Source: Eledone cirrhosa (Eukaryota). From it: a DNA stretch of 64,000 nt. Location: contig OZ024743.1 of the NCBI GenBank assembly GCA_964016885.1, positions 15,128,001 to 15,192,000 of the forward strand. The letters are read 5' to 3'. Made by a program: the position numbers and the translations under genes. The notes below the pieces were generated by a model. It did not search any database, was not told where the DNA came from, and saw only the letters and a list, made by a program, of their open reading frames with translations. How positions within the stretch are numbered: the first letter of the stretch is position 1; every line of letters begins with the position of its first letter. Below, in pieces: positions 56,083 to 64,000 of this stretch.

Positions 56083-56902
56083 ACATAGTGTCTAGATGAG
56101 TTGATAATAAAACCATATATAAGCAAAGGCCATTCAAAGCTTAATGTAATTTCATATTCACAGCAAGATAGGTACGTGACAGTCCAGATTTTAATTCAAT
56201 CGGTACATTTCAAAGCTTGTAGTTTTACAATCTCACAGAGCATAGCTACATTTGGATCACAAAACATTGGCCAAACCTAGTTATATTATACGTAACATTC
56301 CTAGCTTGTCTTGCAGCATGACTTTGTCATTATGCAAATGTTGCAAAGTGAACCTTTAAGCCCCTTTGCCTTGACTGTGTCTATGTAGCCATTTTGTTTT
56401 ATAAATATTTTCTTTTCCAGCGTTAAACTGATAGTGTTTTGCTTTAAAAGAATACGTCTTCGGCAAAATTGGATGTGTACGTATATCTACACCATTTCAC
56501 ATTAAATTGCAAGCATCTAATTCTTCTATTATTATTATTAATTTCAACATAATTTAGGTACATTTCAATGTGTTATTTTTACATGATTCAATTGTATTTG
56601 ATTTTTTTCCACAAAGTTAAAAATAATAATCACCCCATTTTTATACGTACTTATGAATACTACTATGTAAAATACTACTATGTAAAATACAGAGAAACGT
56701 CATGCTTAATATCTACAGTAGGACGTAAAGAACTTATTCCTATATAATATATAAGGATTACCTAAACATACACAACATTCCAAATACACACAGACACGTA
56801 CACACAACCACACACACGCACATACACATATTCACACAGACACAGACACACATAGCTAGATAGACCCAGACATACAGACAGGCACGCACGCACACACAGA
56901 CA

Positions 56903-56989
<87 letters not shown>

Positions 56990-57086
56990 AGGGAGTGTAA
57001 ATTGGAGTTACTGTAGGTTCACCCGGGTGAGCACTTGATGTTTAGGTTCACTCCAGTGTCGAGGTGTAGAGCTAGACAGAATGTAT

Positions 57087-57290
57087 TATACTGAAATAAG
57101 GTAACAAGGACGATTGGTTACTCCTTTATTACGTGTATTGGTTGGTGACGCGCGTTTCGCCACAGATCAGCTCAAAGTTCGATCTGTATCGATCGATCTA
57201 TACAGATAGATCTCTATCGAACCCTGAGCAATAAAGGTAATGATGTAGTAACCAATCGTCCATTTTATCTTCTTTCACTCTCTTTCTATA
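57087..57290. mobile_element. Short fold-back micro-PLE
   Basis: Outer inverted repeat GGACGATTGGTTACT/AGTAACCAATCGTCC, inner palindrome, and minus-strand GGCGAAACGCGCGTCACC (hammerhead 3' half). Confidence 0.55.
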
Positions 57291-57755
57291 TATATATATT
57301 TGTTGTAGTGCACCTGAGAACTGTGCACAATAATAATTATATATATATGTGTGTGTGTCTGTGTGTGTGTGTATGTGTGTGTGTGTGTGTATTTCATATA
57401 TAATTGACCTACATGACTGAGGTTTTCAAATGAAATGATGAATTATAGACTTGTGTGACATATTTTCATACATGGCACGAAAGCGCTACCCGATATTTCA
57501 ACGACGAATATTGCCCATATCTCCAAAATTTAAGAGGAATCAGAAGTGCTTATACGTTAAAATAATGCGTGTTATAAACGCTAGTTTACAATAACTAAGT
57601 TGTAAATTTGAAATAGCAAGATCGTACACGTATTATGTGGTGGTATGTAACATAGAAATGGTAATATTTATTAAGGTATCTAGTAACGTAGTACAAAGTT
57701 TACGGTACTATGTAAGAAAGGTCGAATTAAGTGACACACACGTATATATATATAT

Positions 57756-57822
<67 letters not shown>

Positions 57823-59195
57823 CGTACATACACATACCCGCATAAACTCATACGAGTACATGCATACGAATGTATGTAATTATATGGGATGTATTATGTT
57901 TGGTGGTTAAAGAGAAGGTCTTGCAATGTGTGGCTAGGACAGGGTCCAGGTTCGATCCTTTAACTTAGTATAACGGATGAAAGTAAAGGAACATTTCGGT
58001 TGTCTCGGTTAGAGCATGAAGACGATATAAGGATTGTCAGTAGTTGGTTATCTTATGAAATCAATTGTTTTCATTCTAGTCAACAATGCGTTTTTCATTA
58101 TCAAATTTTCTAATCGGAAATATTTCACTTCTCACTCTAGGGTCCATCATCTTAATCATCATCATCATCAACTCTAACCCCATCAGCATCATCAACATTA
58201 CCCGCGCCATCATCGTCGTCGTCATCATCGTCATCATCATCCTTGACGTTGTTGTATTCATCATCAGTAACATAATTACATTGATACAATCCGCATGGCA
58301 AAGATAGTGATTACGTTACAGGGTATGTTTAACAGATTTTCCTGAATGTGCATATGCACATATTTGTGTTTTTCCCGCACTCGTAGGTGTATGTGTGAGA
58401 ATGTTTGCGTGCTTATGCGAATATGTGTATGGATATATACACCGTTTGAGTATTTATCCATTTAAGTTTATTTCGATCTTTTCTTTGTATAGACTTTACT
58501 GTAGCAGCTGAAATTATAATTTTACTTCGGTACAGTTTCTTAAACGAACTCAATAATTTCAATTCAGGTATCTGATTTTGCACAGCTTAAATATCTGTTA
58601 AAGTTGACACATACTTATAAAGTAGAACTATTAGCACTACCTGTTGTTATTTCTTCCATTTAATCAACAGAAACATCAAATCGGTAGATTTCATAGTATC
58701 GATTGTATTTGATTGCTTGTTTGTTTCGGTTTACACCTGGCATCAAAGGCAATAGTGAATCGAATATTATTATTATATTTTTTTCATAATTAATAAGCAA
58801 GTCCAGAATGATTTGTTTTATATTTTTTTAAATAAACTCATTCTTCAGGAAAATATTCGGATATTGACTTTATATTTTTGTACTATTTTAATATGACATC
58901 CAGCTACGTGTGCATGGAGAGAGTACATGTCTGATGTAAGATGACATTTAAAAGATCATGATATTTACTTAAGGCAAATTATAGAAGATTGGATAGGGGC
59001 ATCATCCCAGTACAAATTTGATACTTGAGCATTGATAATTACAATAACATATTTCAAATTGACTAGAGAATATTTCATAGCAAATATAATATATTATATT
59101 CAGCAACATTATTTTGCCGACCCGGCTTGGATTGAAAAACATTAAACCAATAATATGTGCCTATTCAATCAAATCTATACATACTCCCACACACA

Positions 59196-59265
<70 letters not shown>

Positions 59266-59266
59266 T

Positions 59267-60133
59267 AAACGCATGACTGTCCATAGATCCAAAATTAAAA
59301 TACGGGAATACAGGAAAATACCACTGAGTGAACACATTGATACCTGTGCAGCCCAAAATCATCCCAACTTCAGAATCTTTCCCTTCTACAAATTTAAAGA
59401 TAATGCCACCCACACCCAGGGCATCAGCAAGGAATCTTACTTTATTAACAAATACGGACCCCGTCTAAACATTTCTCCCTAAGACGAACCCACAACATAC
59501 ACACGTCAACATACATACCTACATCACCATACATCTCTACACGCATATAAACACAATGACATACGTAAACACACATGTTCTATGGTGCAACCCAAATATA
59601 CACAAATTTGCATACCTTTTGATGTCTATAGATATAAACGTGCCGACACACACACATACATAAATGCACACATGCATTGCACACTGATGGGCACAAACAT
59701 ATTTGTGCACATGTATTCCAATACGGCAAGGCCTAATGAATTCCCCTTGCAGTACGTACAATTTGGACACACTCCAGATACATGTTTGTGCACAGGTATA
59801 CTATCTCTGGACAGACTCCAGATACATGTGTACAATTTGTGCACAGGTATACAATTTGTGCACGGGTATACAATTTCTGGACACACTCCAGATACATATT
59901 TGTGCACAGGTATTCCAATACGGCAAGGCCTAATGGATCCCCCTTGCAGTACGTACAATCTGGACACACTCACACACACCTTGGTATTATGCCAATACTA
60001 TATATCATTTCACACCTTTTATTATTAAGGTTTTTGATGTTCTATTGAGAGAATCGATTTTACTGAAAATATCGAATACTGTACACCACTTTAACAGAAA
60101 TAAATACTGATCCACCCACACACACACACATTA

Positions 60134-60164
<31 letters not shown>

Positions 60165-60486
60165 TACACACACACACATACACACGCGTACATTAACATA
60201 CATAGAGACATACACACACACACTTCTCAGTATAAGACAAGAGCTGAAAAAGACTATTTTAACATGTTAAAATATCCCCCACACACTTACAGACAGACTA
60301 ACATACAAAGAGACACACACACACACACACATACATACACACATACACACACACACACACACACACATATACACTTCTCCGTATAAGACAAGAGCTGAAA
60401 AAAAATATTTTAACATGTTTAAATAACCCACACACACTTACAGACACATTCCTACTGACCATCCCTCTACCACGAATTACTCTGCT

Positions 60487-60517
<31 letters not shown>

Positions 60518-61062
60518 TCTTAATAGGCATTTGAACTTTCAACAGGCTGCGGTTCGCACACACATCCCTGCTGACCATTATCACAACAACGAACCTCTTT
60601 ACTACTACTATACACACACACATACATATTTGTTGTGAAAGACTTATCTCTCAGTCAGCCGACACAAACCTACATTTGGCGCAAAATCAATTTTTTACAT
60701 TCACATGACCTCTACCGACCAATCAAAATTGTTTTGACCACAAGAAATTTTGCAACACGAATTGGCGCAAAACTTATTTTAATACCGCTGGAGCCACTTT
60801 TTTAACATAAAAACGGGTAGAATTCCCAAAACTAATCAGATCAGAGAAAACATCATGGACGCTCTATCTCAAAATTATTTTTGAAAAGCATTAGAAATGC
60901 GCAACCGGTAAAACTTTAAACCAAAACTTAATACTAACCAATACTATTACTAATTATCCCTTATTCCTAATTAAACTATTTTTCACTGTGAATAATTTGT
61001 CAGCATTTTCTATTCCGTTTACCAATATATAATAAGTTGTGTGTTACACCTCTATTCTTTTA
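59267..61062 (+). mobile_element. PLE 3' fragment (GIY-YIG end plus long 3' UTR/pLTR), same family as 1936-4340
   Basis: RMTVHRSKIKIREYRKIPLSEHIDTCA..KESYFINKYGPRLN, followed by a matching UTR. Confidence 0.88.
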
Positions 61063-61093
61063 AATATATATATATATATATATATACACACAG

Positions 61094-61154
<61 letters not shown>

Positions 61155-61170
61155 TATATATACACACACA

Positions 61171-61228
<58 letters not shown>

Positions 61229-61279
61229 TATATATATATCCTAAATTAAATAAATAATTATCAATTAGAGCTATATATA

Positions 61280-61706
<427 letters not shown>

Positions 61707-63782
61707 GGGGGTGTGGGGGTGTGGGGTGTGGGGGTGTGGGGGTGTGCGTTCGTATGGTTAAAATGGAAAAGGAAAAGTAGAAAAGCACAGTGGTATATTC
61801 TAAAATTCCATTCTTCCTTAATCCGAGAGAATATATTAAATGGATTTAGACTACATCAAATATTACCAGTTTTGATTGTTATGTCAATCGTATTAAATAG
61901 TAAAATATGTTTTCTCCTATTTTGGGGATAGTTAGAACATAGGTGAATTGTCTCCCATTAGATCGGATCAAGTAATTACATATCCATTGGTCTTTCCATT
62001 GGTGAGACTACATTCGGTTGCAACTCTTGTCAGGAAGAGTCAATGAATCGAATGTAGGTCTTTATAACCTATGGTCCTATTCTTATCTCTGTGAAGTATA
62101 AATATAGTGTTTTATTTGAAAATTAAGATGACATTCTCATGGAAATTTTGTTTGAGAATACCAATATGTTTGACACTTCTGTGCATTGATAACGTAAACA
62201 TTGGATGAAATACCGCAAAACATTTTGTCAAATGCTCTAATATTTCCGTCAAACCTTTTCCCAGGACTAGTATTTATCTTACATATGAAACAAGGAATGG
62301 CAAAGTTGACCTTTAGAGTATTTCAGATGATAATATAAAATGTTAAAACAATTACCAGAAGGCATTTGTTCGACATTTAATGATTCTAGCAATCAATTAG
62401 CCATGTTTATGTCTTCTACAATAGACGTTTGAACATTTAGCAAATCAACGTTTCTAGCATAATTGATGCAATGAAATTCCTCTTTTTACTCCTATCTCCA
62501 CTAATATGAAATTCGTTAATACACTGTTATTGAAATACTTGGACATATTTTGAAATAAAAGAAACAACTCTTAAGCCACACCGTTAAGGAAGCCTCATCG
62601 TAATATTTGTAATTTAGATTAGACTTCATATTTGCAGCGAAACCAATGTTGTATTAGCAAATATGTTATTTCTGGAGAGATTTCGATGACATTTGGGAGA
62701 TATTATGTTTCTATGTTTAACAGGTAACGCAAATCCCTTTGGTTTGGTCAGGAAAAGTGTTTGTTCGTGTTAATAGAAATACCGTAGCTTCCTAATGTCC
62801 TGCAAAACTTAGAATACACTGTGAAAATGAAGTTATAGGATTGGATAATGGCAACATTCTTTGGCATTATACCTGAAAGCAGGTGGGGTCGTCAATATTG
62901 GAAAGGTTGCAAGAAGAGCTTCTGTTAGATTTGGAATAAAGTAGTGATAAACAACAACAAAAGCAACAATTATTCTCAGTGTAACAGTAATCTAATCGTT
63001 TTTGATGAGAGATGTTAATCTATATAGCGACCGTTATCATTGGCGTATTTATAACGTTACTGTACTTGCAAGACTTGAAAACAGCACCATTCTAGACAGC
63101 GTATAGTTTCCTGCACTATTTCTTTGTTCATACAATTCATAAGAGATTATATTCTGAGATTTGACCTAATCATTCTCCGTCCAAACCTTCGTCGGTCAAC
63201 CTCAATGCTAAACGTAGCTTCCGAAATGTAGTTAAATGCAATTATTTCACCCAGGTCATGAATTAATTAAGCATTTATTTTACATCTTGATCTTCTTAAC
63301 ACTGATCACGGTTGTTATTGGATGGGTGGGGTAGAATACAACTATTTGTGTACTAATAAAGTTGACTGATTTGGTAAGATGTGCTAGTATTAAACAGTGA
63401 TAGATAGTAAACTTCATTAACTTCGAGGTCAACAAACTCACCTGCTACCACACTGTGTCATAACACGTCTGATGCCAGAGAATACAAAAGAGAAGTAAAG
63501 TAAAACAAAGACAAAGACATCATCTAAACTAATTGAAAATATGCCAAATGACTGAGATGCAGACAGTTTTCGAGAAATGAAATGGTTCGAAGAAAGATGG
63601 GTAGAGGTATATGGGAAGGGGAAGAGATTATTGTTAGCTCCAACGTAAAATGAAAAGAGTTTGAGAAATAGAGAAATATGAAAGAAAAACAGAGGTTATG
63701 ATATATAGAAATAACATGCAGGTTGATAATGAAGCAGCAAAATACATTACACAAAAATTAATTAAATATAAAACAGGGATGC

Positions 63783-63785
<3 letters not shown>

Positions 63786-63863
<78 letters not shown>
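63786..63863. repeat. (GA)n microsatellite
   Basis: Direct reading. Confidence 0.95.
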
Positions 63864-63867
<4 letters not shown>

Positions 63868-64000
63868 GGGGCGTGAGAAAGGACAGTTAAGATGAAGAGT
63901 TTGACAAAATCTGAAATACAGGCAAGGAAGTATTCTAAGAAATAGTAAAAGCAGAGAATGGTTACGAAAAGTAAAAGAACATTTGATGTGGTAACGACCT

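Noticed and set aside
57900-58020. tRNA-like A/B boxes (GTGGTTAA, GGTTCGATCC), with a similar B-box-like remnant at ~1095-1150
   Set aside because: No cloverleaf. At most a decayed SINE head

Overview
AT-rich eukaryotic (metazoan, probably cephalopod/octopus by inference from the SINE family and microsatellite load) intergenic or intronic DNA with no recognisable host exon. It is a mosaic of transposons embedded in (TA)n/(CA)n/(GA)n microsatellites: many Penelope-like element (PLE; RT + GIY-YIG) fragments and pseudo-LTRs, including a very young 4.3-kb Naiad-like insertion forming a ~1.86-kb-arm palindrome; a ~6.9-kb Helitron with both termini; a near full-length RTE LINE and several LINE fragments; tRNA-derived SINEs; and fold-back elements. 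The most notable signal, read by eye, is a dense set of type I hammerhead ribozyme motifs in PLE pseudo-LTRs. Several are canonical and several have non-canonical cores (a U3:A8 compensatory variant, and U4C, U4A and A13C variants). There is also a family of 110-220-bp mini-PLEs with the same termini as the 4.3-kb element, and a bulged hairpin (..ACTC-stem-TT-GAGTA) at similar spacing after the ribozyme in two otherwise dissimilar PLE families. Coordinates were counted by hand and may be off by a few bases. No ribozyme activity or database match has been verified.
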